A stretch of DNA of 64,000 nucleotides from Bacillota bacterium (GCA_009780375.1 WRAD01000002.1:979-64978); one strand, 5' to 3'; counted from the first letter of the stretch, positions 11,387 to 20,647 are shown. Notes: generated by a model from the sequence alone, not told the origin. Translations and numbers: made by a program.

Positions 11387-12502
11387 TTATTTCAAGTTTT
11401 CTGCATTTAATGATTGTAATTCAGGCAATACAAAAACACCATCCTTTCGGATAAGGATATCGTCAAAGTAAATTTCACCACCTCCATTTTCTGGAGTATG
11501 TGATTGAACGATATCCCAATGAATTTGGCTGCGGTTACCGTTGTCGGCGTCTTCGTAACTATTACCAAGGGCAAGGTGGATACTTCCCATCATTTTTTCG
11601 TCGAACAGGGTATCGTACATAGGCTTTGTTATATATGGGTTAACACCAAACGCAAATTCGCCGATATAACGCGAACCTTCATCACTGTCAAGTTCATTCA
11701 GTAAAATATCGTTACTGCTGCATGATGAATTTATTACTTTCCCATCTTTGAATTCAAGAACTATGTCATGTAATACAACACCTTTGTGAAGTGAGGGAAT
11801 GTTAAAGTGTATGCGTCCATTAATCGAGTTTTTAACAGGGCTTGTATATATTTCACCGTCTGGAATATTGCATTCGCCACTGCAGATTTTTGCTTTTTGA
11901 CCTTTTATTGAGAAGCTTAGGTCGGTATCTTTTGCAACTATGCGAACACGGTCGGTGCGTTCAATTAGTTCTTTTAATGGTAACATTGCTTTGTGCATTT
12001 TTGCGTAATCCAAATTGCAAACATCAAAAAAGAAATTTTCAAATGCCTCGGAACTTGTTTGTGCAAGTTGAGCCATACTTGGGTTGGGGTAGCGCAAAAT
12101 AACCCATTTTGTCTTTTTGACCCTTATATCGATATGAATTGGTTGGCCATAGTGTTTTGTATGAATATTCTTTTTCTCAACAGGCACGTCTGCGGTTTCG
12201 AAGACGTTTGAACTTACTCCTATACCAATATATGCCGCCGCATCCTCGAACAAAGGTTTTGCGTATTTGCATGCCATCTTTGAATATTCTTCGGTTACAC
12301 CCATAAGAACTTCGCGTCCGATTTGGCTGTCGCTTAGACGTACCATAGGATATGCCCCAATTGCATAAACCTGACGCACAATTGCGATAATCAAATCTCG
12401 GGCTTCGTGCGTTCCTTCAATGATGATTGTTTGTCCTTTTTCAAGTTTGCAACTGTACGAAATTAAATTCTTTGCAAGTTTTGTAATTCTTTCATCTTTC
12501 AT
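11387..12502 (-). CDS. M29-family aminopeptidase (AmpS/PepS type)
   Basis: Full-length similarity pattern to thermophilic metalloaminopeptidases: N-terminus KLAKNLISYSCKLEKGQ, and C-terminus EFAFGVNP..GSIHLALGNSY..NRSQIHWDIV. Confidence 0.8.
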   Translation of the reverse strand: MKDERITKLAKNLISYSCKLEKGQTIIIEGTHEARDLIIAIVRQVYAIGAYPMVRLSDSQIGREVLMGVTEEYSKMACKYAKPLFEDAAAYIGIGVSSNVFETADVPVEKKNIHTKHYGQPIHIDIRVKKTKWVILRYPNPSMAQLAQTSSEAFENFFFDVCNLDYAKMHKAMLPLKELIERTDRVRIVAKDTDLSFSIKGQKAKICSGECNIPDGEIYTSPVKNSINGRIHFNIPSLHKGVVLHDIVLEFKDGKVINSSCSSNDILLNELDSDEGSRYIGEFAFGVNPYITKPMYDTLFDEKMMGSIHLALGNSYEDADNGNRSQIHWDIVQSHTPENGGGEIYFDDILIRKDGVFVLPELQSLNAENLK

Positions 12503-12646
12503 AAAAACTCCTTATTTTAAAAGTTATTGCCATTATATCACATTAAGAAATAAAAGATGTATTGGTTTAGGTGCGTTTATTCGTTTATCTTCATAGAATG
12601 ATATAAGTCTTGGTATAGACAAAAATTACACAAGGAGAATTACATA

Positions 12647-13024
12647 ATGATATTTAATCCAAACCCAAATTGGCATTGTCCTCATTGCCAGCCTGCAATG
12701 CCACAACCACCTCACCATAATCAAAATCATCGGTGGCCACAAGGCATGACACCTCAGATGCCTGTTTTACCTCATCCACCAAGGCCAACAGGTTCACATA
12801 TTCCTCAAGGTTTTCCTATTCTTTCCCAAGCAAGACCAGGAATAGTAATTGCAGGTCGCAGAACGACACCGCTTCACAGATGGCCAATGATCTTTTCACA
12901 GATTATTGATTACATACCACATAATACGCTTGTTTGGACTTTTGGCGAGAGAAATGGTTGGACACTAATCCATTTTAAGGGCAGGTTTGGTTTTGTGAAT
13001 TCAAGATTCATGATTTTATTATAA
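12647..13024 (+). CDS. Small Pro-rich protein with a C-terminal SH3b-like segment
   Basis: The N-terminus is Pro/His/Gln-rich. The C-terminus ..ERNGWTLIHFKGRFGFVNSRFM.. resembles the bacterial SH3 motif (GW..V...G..GWV...Y). Confidence 0.4.
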   Translation: MIFNPNPNWHCPHCQPAMPQPPHHNQNHRWPQGMTPQMPVLPHPPRPTGSHIPQGFPILSQARPGIVIAGRRTTPLHRWPMIFSQIIDYIPHNTLVWTFGERNGWTLIHFKGRFGFVNSRFMILL

Positions 13025-13040
13025 GTGAAATGAATAGTGT

Positions 13041-14108
13041 CTAGGCCCTTTTATTTTTCACAATCAAGAAGATTGTTGTTCCAATGAAGAACGTACCAAA
13101 TACACCGAATATTATTGCAAGAATTGTTCCTGCTCCCATACCTGTATTTGCATTTAAACGTCGTCGCAAGTAATCGATTTCATTACGCAAATCGTCATTT
13201 TCATTTTGTAAATCATTGTTGATATCGTTGTTTCCATTGCCTGCGCCACTGTCATTGTTTAAAAAATGGTTTAATAAATCAACAAGCATAGTTTGTGCAA
13301 GTTTCGCGTGACCAGCCGCATTTGGATGAATTGGATCAACCCAGTAAGCAACAAAGTCCGTCTGATCAAATGTGTCTCTTGCATTGATTAGGAAAAATGC
13401 GTTTGGGTTTTGCGTTAAGTACGTATCATAAGCGGCAATCAATGTGTCAATCGCAAACAAACCAATTGGGCCAAGTACATTTCCAGGGACCGCAGGAACA
13501 AACCCTGGAACATTAGAATCACCAAAGATAGAAAACATAGGAACTGCATTACGGAGTAATGAAATAGAAGCATCACTGTTAAGTTCATTTATGCGTCTTA
13601 TGATTGCAGAAATTCTTGGCATAAGTTGAGTTTCAACATAAGAGATAAGTGGGGCCATCTCACCTGCCATAGCCGCCGCAAGTGCAACACCAATTAATAG
13701 ATTGTCTGTGTTTGTTAGATCGTTTCCACCAATAGAGATATTAATTACATCTGCGTCTTTGATTGCTTGTTGAACGCGAAGTGACCTGTCTGTTTCTTCG
13801 GTAAGAAGGTTATATAAATCAACGTTTGTACGACCATATGTTCTTGCACCATTAACCGCTTCGTTTACATAATTCCAACCTTGTCTTTCTGCAACTATTC
13901 TGCCGTAACTGTTTAAAAATGTTGTTGGACTTTCAAATCCCGCCGCGATAGAATCGCCAAGCATAAGTAATGTTGTACGATTATCATTTTCGTTTGATAG
14001 TGACATCGCATTCACATTTGATAGGGTGGCACCCGATGGTAATGCAAACACCACGGTGAGAGTTATTATCAGCATTGCAACAGGTAAAAATTTTAGTAAT
14101 TTTTTCAT
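13041..14108 (-). CDS. Secreted SGNH/GDSL hydrolase with a C-terminal membrane anchor
   Basis: Has a signal peptide and the SGNH blocks LMLGDSIAAGF (I), NISIGGNDL (III) and DPIHPNAAGH (V). An Asn/Asp-rich linker and a terminal TM segment follow. Confidence 0.8.
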   Translation of the reverse strand: MKKLLKFLPVAMLIITLTVVFALPSGATLSNVNAMSLSNENDNRTTLLMLGDSIAAGFESPTTFLNSYGRIVAERQGWNYVNEAVNGARTYGRTNVDLYNLLTEETDRSLRVQQAIKDADVINISIGGNDLTNTDNLLIGVALAAAMAGEMAPLISYVETQLMPRISAIIRRINELNSDASISLLRNAVPMFSIFGDSNVPGFVPAVPGNVLGPIGLFAIDTLIAAYDTYLTQNPNAFFLINARDTFDQTDFVAYWVDPIHPNAAGHAKLAQTMLVDLLNHFLNNDSGAGNGNNDINNDLQNENDDLRNEIDYLRRRLNANTGMGAGTILAIIFGVFGTFFIGTTIFLIVKNKRA

Positions 14109-14881
14109 TATTTAATCTCCTTTTTAGTAATAAGTTTTTTGACGCCCCATGCAAGTGGCATAAGGCCAAATATAATTAACTGTACGACAAGCGTAACAAC
14201 ACGTGACATGAATTGGTAACTTGCGACATTCTTTGCGTTATTAATTTGGACAGGGGCAACTTCTGCTACAACATTTTCAACCGCATCATTGAAGCCGGCA
14301 ACAAGTCCTTGTCCAAGTTGTTCTCCGTTTGGAATGCCAAGTTCCACCAATCGATTAACCCAAGCATCAACGTGGTGATTATAAAGCAAGGTTCTAAGTG
14401 CAAATGCATCCCCACCGGCGGCAAAGACCCCACCATCTGCAAACATTGCTTCTCGTACGCCAAGTCTTGCTTGAATTGTGACTGCGGCGGTAATTGTTGT
14501 GTCGTGTTTACCGTTTATTACACTTCGGGCAAGGCGTGAATTTTCGCTTGCAACCGCACCAAACACCGAAACCAACATGAATGCCGTACAGAGCAATCCA
14601 ATGCCGCAAAGCACGAATTTTCCATATGCTTTTGTTTGTTTGACCATCGATAATGCAAAGAATATGGTTGCAAGTAAAAAGAATGTTAACCCCGCGATAT
14701 GTGCGAACAAGAAACTTGTTGCATTATTTGGGTCGTAAACAGGATCTGGCAGTAATTCATGTGTAAGGTTGTTATGATGTGATGCATCATATTGGGCGAT
14801 TAGAACAATGAACAAAATAGTTCCCGCCAATGTAAATGTCACAAGCACAAATTTTAACCAATGTTTCTTTAAAAATTCCAT
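14108..14881 (-). CDS. Hypothetical multi-pass membrane protein
   Basis: Several hydrophobic segments. Its stop overlaps the next start (TAATG), which suggests translational coupling with the GDSL hydrolase gene. Confidence 0.5.
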   Translation of the reverse strand: MEFLKKHWLKFVLVTFTLAGTILFIVLIAQYDASHHNNLTHELLPDPVYDPNNATSFLFAHIAGLTFFLLATIFFALSMVKQTKAYGKFVLCGIGLLCTAFMLVSVFGAVASENSRLARSVINGKHDTTITAAVTIQARLGVREAMFADGGVFAAGGDAFALRTLLYNHHVDAWVNRLVELGIPNGEQLGQGLVAGFNDAVENVVAEVAPVQINNAKNVASYQFMSRVVTLVVQLIIFGLMPLAWGVKKLITKKEIK

Positions 14882-14900
14882 AATTAACTCCTTTTAATTT

Positions 14901-14974
14901 TTTTGTACTCTAAGAATTATCGCTTCAATCATTTGTACTAGGATCTCGGCTTAAACGCACCGTAAGGTGCTTTT
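14901..14974 (-). repeat. Intergenic repeat family, copy A
   Basis: The reverse complement reads AAAGCACCTTACGGTGCGTTTAAGCCGAGATCCTAGTACAAATGATTGAAGCGATAATTCTTAGAGTACAAAA. It lies between the DegV-family gene and the next gene. Confidence 0.65.
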
Positions 14975-14980
14975 GTTCGT

Positions 14981-15847
14981 TCAATTTTCCATGAATATCA
15001 CCCCCAGTGCATTTCTCCCCACGTGAATTGTGAGGGCCGTTCCAACAACGATTCGCCCGACATCTTTGAAACCTGCACCTTTCAACGAGTTTATAACGCC
15101 GGTGACAATTGAATCATCAATGTCGCTGTGGACAACAAAAGCCAACTCTTTGTTTGCATTTGAGGCTTGTTCAATTTTGAATTGTGTCCATTCTTTGACC
15201 GTGCTTTCAAATTGACCTTTGAATTTTTTATCAGGTACGATTTTACCTTCTTTGTTAACAATTAACGATGGTCGAATTTTCAACAAGTTTGCACCAAGCA
15301 ATTTTAATCCACTTGCACGACCGCCACGATATAAGTAGTTAAGATCTTTTATAATAAAACCAACATTCAATTTGTCAACCATTGGTTTAATAGTTTCAAG
15401 GATTTCTTCAACAGTTTTACCTTGATCACGTAATTCACTTGCCTTTATTGCAAGAATACCCGTTCCTGCACAAGCACTCTTTGTGTTAATGACATGAACT
15501 CGTTCCATTCCTTTTGCCGCTCGTAATGCATTTTGGTGACTTATGGACATTTTATCTGACATACTGAAATGAATAATGCTGCCACCATTTGCGGTTGCCT
15601 TGATGAACAACTCTTTGTAATCCATTTCCAAAGCGGCATTTGTCTTTGGTAAAATACCATCTTTTTCAACCGCTTTGTATATGTCATCAGGTGTAACATG
15701 CTTGTCTATAAAGAGTTCACTTCCTATGACAACACCAAAATAGATGACTTGCAGATTATACTTTTTATATAAATCCTCGCCTAAGTCAGAAGTGTTGTCG
15801 ATTCCAATTGTTATTTGTGCAATTGCTTTGCTTGGTTTATTTTCCAT
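14981..15847 (-). CDS. DegV-family fatty-acid-binding protein
   Basis: Size and motifs are typical of DegV (..ITIGIDNTSDL.., ..HFSMSDKMSISHQNA.., ..YLYRGGRAS..). Confidence 0.8.
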   Translation of the reverse strand: MENKPSKAIAQITIGIDNTSDLGEDLYKKYNLQVIYFGVVIGSELFIDKHVTPDDIYKAVEKDGILPKTNAALEMDYKELFIKATANGGSIIHFSMSDKMSISHQNALRAAKGMERVHVINTKSACAGTGILAIKASELRDQGKTVEEILETIKPMVDKLNVGFIIKDLNYLYRGGRASGLKLLGANLLKIRPSLIVNKEGKIVPDKKFKGQFESTVKEWTQFKIEQASNANKELAFVVHSDIDDSIVTGVINSLKGAGFKDVGRIVVGTALTIHVGRNALGVIFMEN

Positions 15848-15939
15848 ATATCTAACTTTACTCGCATATATAAAAAATGAGTGTTAAAAAAGTAATGGTT
15901 GTTGGTCAATATATAATGTTTCTGTTATATAATGCAGGT

Positions 15940-16359
15940 ATGGTTTGTTGCAAGTGTCAAAACGAGTACACTATAAAGAATGGGACTCGTCATGGAAAGC
16001 AATGTTATTTGTGTAAAGGTTGCGGGTTTCAATTCACAGGTGACTATGCATTTATCGAACAAGAAAAGCGTGTTGTGTTGACACTTGCTTGTTTTGGATT
16101 ATCCATGCGAAAGATTGGCATGATGCTTGGGTACAGTCACGTTACAATTTGCAATTGGATACGGGCGTTTGAAAAATCCAGAGTCACACCAAACGAAGAT
16201 TATTTTATGGATCTAGACGAAATGTGCGAGTTTTTGAAAATGCGGCAAAGCAATCCACGATTAGGCAGGCGGTTTTCAACAATACAACAGGCACTTACTT
16301 GGAATGTTGAAAATGAAATGTCAAAGATAATCGAAAAAGTATTCACGTCATTAGCATAA
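15940..16359 (+). pseudogene. IS1-family transposase N-terminal remnant (zinc ribbon + HTH, DDE core missing)
   Basis: CCKCQ..14 aa..CYLCKGCGFQF zinc ribbon, an HTH (LSMRKIGMMLGYSHVTICNWIRAF), and then MDLDEMCEF, which resembles the first catalytic D region of IS1 InsAB. The ORF ends shortly afterwards. Confidence 0.5.
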
Positions 16360-16368
16360 GGAGTAAAA

Positions 16369-16995
16369 ATGGGAGCATGGTTTTGGACAGCACAAGCATT
16401 GGGGTTAATTACACTTGTATTTGCATTTGTATCATATCAACGTAAAGAACAACGAAAGTATCTATTTGCGATGGGTATAAGTTATATCTTTTGGACATTG
16501 ATGTTTTTGGCAATGGGGCTTGAGGGCAATATGACACATTTCATACCCGCTATGATTGTTGCCGGCGTTGGAACTTTGCGTTGTTTTGTTTTTTGGTGGA
16601 TTCTTGCAAAAGAAAGCAAAAAGCGAAAAATAGGTGGTCGAGTATTTTTGCTTTGTTTTCTTATTGCCGCATTAACCGGCGGTATAATCGCTATTATCAA
16701 TTCGGCACCAGAAGTTCGTATATTGCAATGGATTATAATGGTGACGGCACTCTTATTCACCGCCGGTCAATACATACCAAACAAACATTTTCTGCGTATG
16801 GCTGCAATCCTTTATGCAACGGCATTCAGTTTCGCATCAACCCCTCTCTATATTCTCGAAGGCGATTTCCGTTGGAATCCAATAGGAATTGCAATTGAAG
16901 CATCTAAGATACTTTCTGTTATAATTTTTTATATACTTCTTTTGAAAAAGAGAAAAACGATTAAATCATCCGAGGGCGTAACAGAGAACACATGA
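16369..16995 (+). CDS. YgjV-like inner membrane protein
   Basis: Six hydrophobic helices. The N-terminus QALGLITLVFAFVSYQRKEQRKYLF is typical of the YgjV family. Confidence 0.5.
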   Translation: MGAWFWTAQALGLITLVFAFVSYQRKEQRKYLFAMGISYIFWTLMFLAMGLEGNMTHFIPAMIVAGVGTLRCFVFWWILAKESKKRKIGGRVFLLCFLIAALTGGIIAIINSAPEVRILQWIIMVTALLFTAGQYIPNKHFLRMAAILYATAFSFASTPLYILEGDFRWNPIGIAIEASKILSVIIFYILLLKKRKTIKSSEGVTENT

Positions 16996-17040
16996 TATTG
17001 TTTTGGTTATAAGACATATATTTTCACCTTAGGTTTCGCG

Positions 17041-17069
17041 TTGACATTTTGCAAGTTGTAGCGTATATT
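17041..17069 (+). promoter_or_regulatory. Consensus-like promoter for tRNA-Cys (TTGACA-17-TATATT)
   Basis: TTGACA at 17041-17046, a 17-nt spacer, and TATATT at 17064-17069. The tRNA starts at 17078. Confidence 0.65.
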
Positions 17070-17077
17070 AGTTGTAT

Positions 17078-17151
17078 GGCACCGTCGCCAAGCGGTAAGG
17101 CCGAGGTCTGCAAAACCTCTATCCCCGGTTCGATTCCGGGCGGTGCCTCCA
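17078..17151 (+). tRNA. tRNA-Cys (anticodon GCA), encoded CCA
   Basis: GGCACCG..GCCAAGCGGTAAGGC..GAGGTCTGCAAAACCTC..CCGGTTCGATTCCGG CGGTGCC T CCA folds as a clean cloverleaf. Confidence 0.9.
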
Positions 17152-17652
17152 ATGAGTAATATTATTGCTAAACGTTCAAGCAGGGCACGTATTGATGTAA
17201 TAGGTGCCGCAATAGTGTTTACATTGATTGCCACAGGGTTTTGTGCACTTTGGGTACTTGTATTTGTTAATCAGCCACCAAGCGTTAATAGTATTGTGAT
17301 AGCTGTGGTTTCTATGACCGCGTTATTACTTATAATATTTTGGCAGCTTCGACTTAATTATAATAAAATCCATCCTGACAGAATAATTATTGATGGCCAA
17401 AAACTTGTTCTTGTAAAACCCGCCTCACGGACAGATATAAAAAAAAACGCGTCAAAGCAAGAGCGGAAAGAAAATAAAATTCAAAAATTTGAACACATAG
17501 AAATTTATCTTAAGGATATCATGTCGTGTACATACGAAAAGCACACGATAACAATAACAACGCAAAGTGGGCAAGAATTCAAGCAAGACTATATTGACGG
17601 TACGGAAGAGGTTGCCAAACTTGTAAACAGTTTATTCGCAAGTTATAGGTAA
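17152..17652 (+). CDS. Hypothetical membrane protein (two TM helices plus a soluble C-terminal domain); its 3' end is the target site of the mobile element
   Basis: Start moved to ATG 17152, because the GTG at 17143 used by the track lies inside tRNA-Cys. The last four codons and the stop fall within the 17-bp direct repeat. Confidence 0.5.
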   Translation: MSNIIAKRSSRARIDVIGAAIVFTLIATGFCALWVLVFVNQPPSVNSIVIAVVSMTALLLIIFWQLRLNYNKIHPDRIIIDGQKLVLVKPASRTDIKKNASKQERKENKIQKFEHIEIYLKDIMSCTYEKHTITITTQSGQEFKQDYIDGTEEVAKLVNSLFASYR

Positions 17653-17657
17653 CCTTT
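17641..17657. repeat. Left direct repeat (target-site duplication or att core): AGTTATAGGTAACCTTT
   Basis: Identical 17-mer at 27965-27981. Confidence 0.9.
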
Positions 17658-17685
17658 GGGGGCGGTACAGACATTTGCCAGTAAG
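17658..17685. repeat. Left terminal inverted repeat: GGGGGCGGTACAGACATTTGCCAGTAAG
   Basis: Matches the reverse complement of 27937-27964 at 21 of 28 positions without gaps. The GTACAGA and GCCAGTAAG blocks are identical. Confidence 0.7.
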
Positions 17686-17989
17686 AGTTGAATAAATGTC
17701 CGAAACCTTTCATTGACATAGAGTATTTTGGTTCGTTAATTAATTATATGATAGAGTTTTATTTTTGCCTAACGATTTTTAGTGTTTTTATTACTTATTT
17801 TTGCATACAAAACTTGACCGCTTTGTGTTTGCGTAGCAAATCAAAGTGGAACGGGGTTTGGGGGATTGTTGTAATTTACGTTGTACATTTGCTGAGATAA
17901 TAGGACTCAATTTTGGCGATAATATTTAGATTTGTCCCCAACTTTATTTATCCTTTATGCACCCTTTAGGGTACTACGGGCGTGAATTG

Positions 17990-19078
17990 TTAGTTTAGAC
18001 CATATCGGGCGAGTTCTTGGGTATGGGATGGAATGAAGTTTATATTTTTGAGTAGGCGGATTTTTTCGGTGATTTTGCCTTGTGTAATTTGGGTGAGAAA
18101 ATCTTTACGTTTATGGTTTGGTGTGATATGTCTTTTGCCTGTTATGTCAGATTTTAATTTGCGATGGGTACAATAATTATTTTGACGGTAATTCCATAGT
18201 TTGCCTTTGTCTCGTAAATCTTCGAGCGAGGAAAAACTTGCGATGTGCTTTGAATAGAATTGTTCATTGTCAATGCGGTGGACTGTTTCAACTTGCCCTT
18301 GTTGCCATGGCGTACGTGGCGGAACTCGCTTATGTATGATTCTTAGCTTCCTGCAATATTCACCGAAGATATGTGTAGCGGTTGGAGCGTGTGGGTGACA
18401 AAATTCTTTCCCGTTATCTGTTTGTATTACTTGCGGAATGCAACCACAGAATTGAATATATCGGCGTGTAAAGTCCTTTGTGTTTTCACCACAAAGTTCA
18501 GAGTACCAGTATTTAAAGACTTCTTTACTTGCTTCATCTTTGGCTGTGTATTGATAAAATTTTACATTGTCCACTTCGTTCATTAATAAGGCTTTGCCTG
18601 TTAAACACTCGTCAGGAACGTATTTGACATCGAATTGTACTTTGCCACCTATGACAGTTGCACAATGATAAATTTGACGTTCAATTTTTGTACGTGGTTC
18701 TTTGATATTGAAGCCTAGTTTTCTTGCTCGTTTTTTAAAACCCTCATAACTGCGTATATATTTCTTTTCGTAAACTAATCTACCATATTTTTCATTAAGT
18801 CCGACATCTGGGTATATTTTGAAAATTCGTTTTATAAGGTTATCTTCTTTTGGTTTGTGTGTTTTCTTATCTGGTGTTTTAGGACAACTTGATTTGTTTG
18901 TTAAACTTGCAAGAGTACCATCATACTTCCTTCGCCACTTCCATAACGTGCGTTCATGGCATTGGAATTTTTCAGCGACGATAATATCTTTTTTATAATC
19001 ATAGTCATACTTTAATTTCCAGTACTTAAGGGCTTTTTCTTTTTGCTCGGGTGTATGTCTTTTGCGTATTGTAATCAT
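17990..19078 (-). CDS. DDE (rve-type) transposase/integrase of the element
   Basis: N-terminal HTH (..AEKFQCHERTLWKWRRKYDG..) and a catalytic triad in context: QFDVKYVP, IQTDNGKEF and PWQQGQVETVHR. Confidence 0.8.
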   Translation of the reverse strand: MITIRKRHTPEQKEKALKYWKLKYDYDYKKDIIVAEKFQCHERTLWKWRRKYDGTLASLTNKSSCPKTPDKKTHKPKEDNLIKRIFKIYPDVGLNEKYGRLVYEKKYIRSYEGFKKRARKLGFNIKEPRTKIERQIYHCATVIGGKVQFDVKYVPDECLTGKALLMNEVDNVKFYQYTAKDEASKEVFKYWYSELCGENTKDFTRRYIQFCGCIPQVIQTDNGKEFCHPHAPTATHIFGEYCRKLRIIHKRVPPRTPWQQGQVETVHRIDNEQFYSKHIASFSSLEDLRDKGKLWNYRQNNYCTHRKLKSDITGKRHITPNHKRKDFLTQITQGKITEKIRLLKNINFIPSHTQELARYGLN

Positions 19079-19083
19079 GCATA

Positions 19084-19112
19084 ATTATACAAAATGTAAA
19101 TACGAATTTCAA
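19084..19112 (-). promoter_or_regulatory. Promoter of the transposase gene (TTGAAA-17-TATAAT), implying a leaderless or near-leaderless mRNA
   Basis: On the minus strand: TTGAAA (19112-19107), a 17-nt spacer, and TATAAT (19089-19084). The ATG begins 5 nt after the -10 box and has no SD. Confidence 0.5.
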
Positions 19113-19115
19113 GAC

Positions 19116-19307
19116 CTACTCAAAAAATACAGATATATTTTGCAAAAATCTAAACTTGGTTGTTTTGTAGATATATTCTTTTACCCCAATTTCAATTAAA
19201 CGTGTAACGTCCTGAGCGATAATTTCATGTGTTCGATATTTTGCAGTAGTACACGGCTTCCAATCGAAATAGATAACTGCTTTTGTAAATTGTAAATTTG
19301 TAAACAT
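19116..19307 (-). CDS. Hypothetical small protein (63 aa)
   Basis: ORF only. It lies between rep and the transposase gene. Confidence 0.3.
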   Translation of the reverse strand: MFTNLQFTKAVIYFDWKPCTTAKYRTHEIIAQDVTRLIEIGVKEYIYKTTKFRFLQNISVFFE

Positions 19308-19321
19308 TTTAATTCCTTTTA

Positions 19322-20407
19322 TTAAAACGGCATTTTTGCCTTTTTTTCTTCGGTTAGTTCAATCAAACCATATTCAGTGTCAAACATTCTCATTTGTCGT
19401 GGGTTCGGTGGGGGTTGGTCGTTTATAAATGCGTCTATATGGGCTTGACTGTCAAAGTTATAAATGTGATGTATTCGCCGTAAAAATGCATTGTATGTTT
19501 CGGGTTCTTCGACTTGAATATTTGGGTATTGCCTATGAATCGGTATGTTTGTTGTGATGAAAACTTTTGTATAACATGCGGTCTTATCTTCATATCGACA
19601 AGGCAACCGTAACGGATGTCCATCTAAGTAGTTCAATATTTGCGATATTTTAAAGCCGTTTCTAAATTCTTCTAACATGATAATGTCTTGACCTTCGTAA
19701 TTATCAAAAGCCCGTTGGTCATATTCGGTAACCCTAAAAACATTGCGATAGCCGTATTTTTGAGTTATGTTTCTAGTTTTGTGTACACCTGTTTTACCAT
19801 AAATATAGCAAACTTTCATTTTGCGAAACACGTCACCGAATTTTTCGTCTTGGTATTCGTTGATAAGTTCAACAATTTTTTTCTTGTGCATAAATGCTTG
19901 GGTCGGGTATAATTCGCGAATTTGTGCAAGTCTCATACCACTTTTGGCAAGTGCCATGATATTTATAAGGTCGGTTCGAGTTCTTTCTTCTGTAAGGTCT
20001 CCACCTTCAAAAAATTTATGACCTTCGATACTTGTTGAGCGTTTTAAAATATAGTTTCGGTTTTGTGTAGCATTGCCTTTTGATTGAACACACCAACAAT
20101 TGGGGGGTAAAATTTGATGCTTGACAGTGTTCCAGTTTTTGCGATTATGTAAAACTATGAAGAATTGAAAATGTATTAATCTTGTTTCTTCACCCTTTTC
20201 ACGCTTAAAGCAAAAATATTTAACTTCGGGTTGGTTATCTAAATATTCGAAAAATTGCTCATCAGTCATTTCAGGGTTTGCAAGACGGCAAGTCCAACGA
20301 ACACCAGTTTTTGTTACATCAATATTTTGTTGATTATCTGTTTCAACGATATCAATGATATTTCCGTCATCGTCGGTTTTGACTTCAAAATTTTGCTCTT
20401 TTTCCAT
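19322..20407 (-). CDS. Rolling-circle replication initiator: HUH-type endonuclease fused to an SF3 helicase (CRESS-like Rep)
   Basis: Motif I RWTCRLANP (compare RWVFTLNNP), motif II HFQFFIV (HUQ variant), motif III NRNYILKR (YxxK). Walker A is YGKTGVHKT, Walker B DIIMLEEF, motif C VFITTN. An SD (AAGGGGA) lies upstream. Confidence 0.75.
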   Translation of the reverse strand: MEKEQNFEVKTDDDGNIIDIVETDNQQNIDVTKTGVRWTCRLANPEMTDEQFFEYLDNQPEVKYFCFKREKGEETRLIHFQFFIVLHNRKNWNTVKHQILPPNCWCVQSKGNATQNRNYILKRSTSIEGHKFFEGGDLTEERTRTDLINIMALAKSGMRLAQIRELYPTQAFMHKKKIVELINEYQDEKFGDVFRKMKVCYIYGKTGVHKTRNITQKYGYRNVFRVTEYDQRAFDNYEGQDIIMLEEFRNGFKISQILNYLDGHPLRLPCRYEDKTACYTKVFITTNIPIHRQYPNIQVEEPETYNAFLRRIHHIYNFDSQAHIDAFINDQPPPNPRQMRMFDTEYGLIELTEEKKAKMPF

Positions 20408-20449
20408 GTGTTCCCCTTATGAAAATTTTGTTCGGGCGATTTGTTCACC

Positions 20450-20647
20450 CTAGAAATTTCGTACTGTATCCAGCTTCAATTTTGGTTGTTTTTGTTCTTT
20501 GCATTCGATTGCCTTCATTTTTCGGCTTAATGCTCTGTATTCATCTTTAAGTCGCCAAATTTCCACTAAACACAATTCGGTTGACTGAATAAGTTTTCTT
20601 TCAATTTCAGCCATGCGGTGAAAAATATAATTTTTGTCGTTAATCAT
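20450..20647 (-). CDS. Hypothetical small coiled-coil protein (65 aa)
   Basis: ORF with charged, heptad-like sequence directly upstream of rep. Confidence 0.4.
   Translation of the reverse strand: MINDKNYIFHRMAEIERKLIQSTELCLVEIWRLKDEYRALSRKMKAIECKEQKQPKLKLDTVRNF

Noticed and set aside
17143-17151. GTG start at 17143 for the 169-aa ORF.
   Set aside because: It would place the start inside the tRNA-Cys acceptor stem. ATG at 17152 immediately after the tRNA is used instead.
17688-17900. 70-aa hydrophobic ORF inside the left non-coding arm of the element.
   Set aside because: It has no SD and sits in an AT-rich region next to the inverted repeat that probably holds transposase-binding or promoter sequences. 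Coding cannot be excluded.
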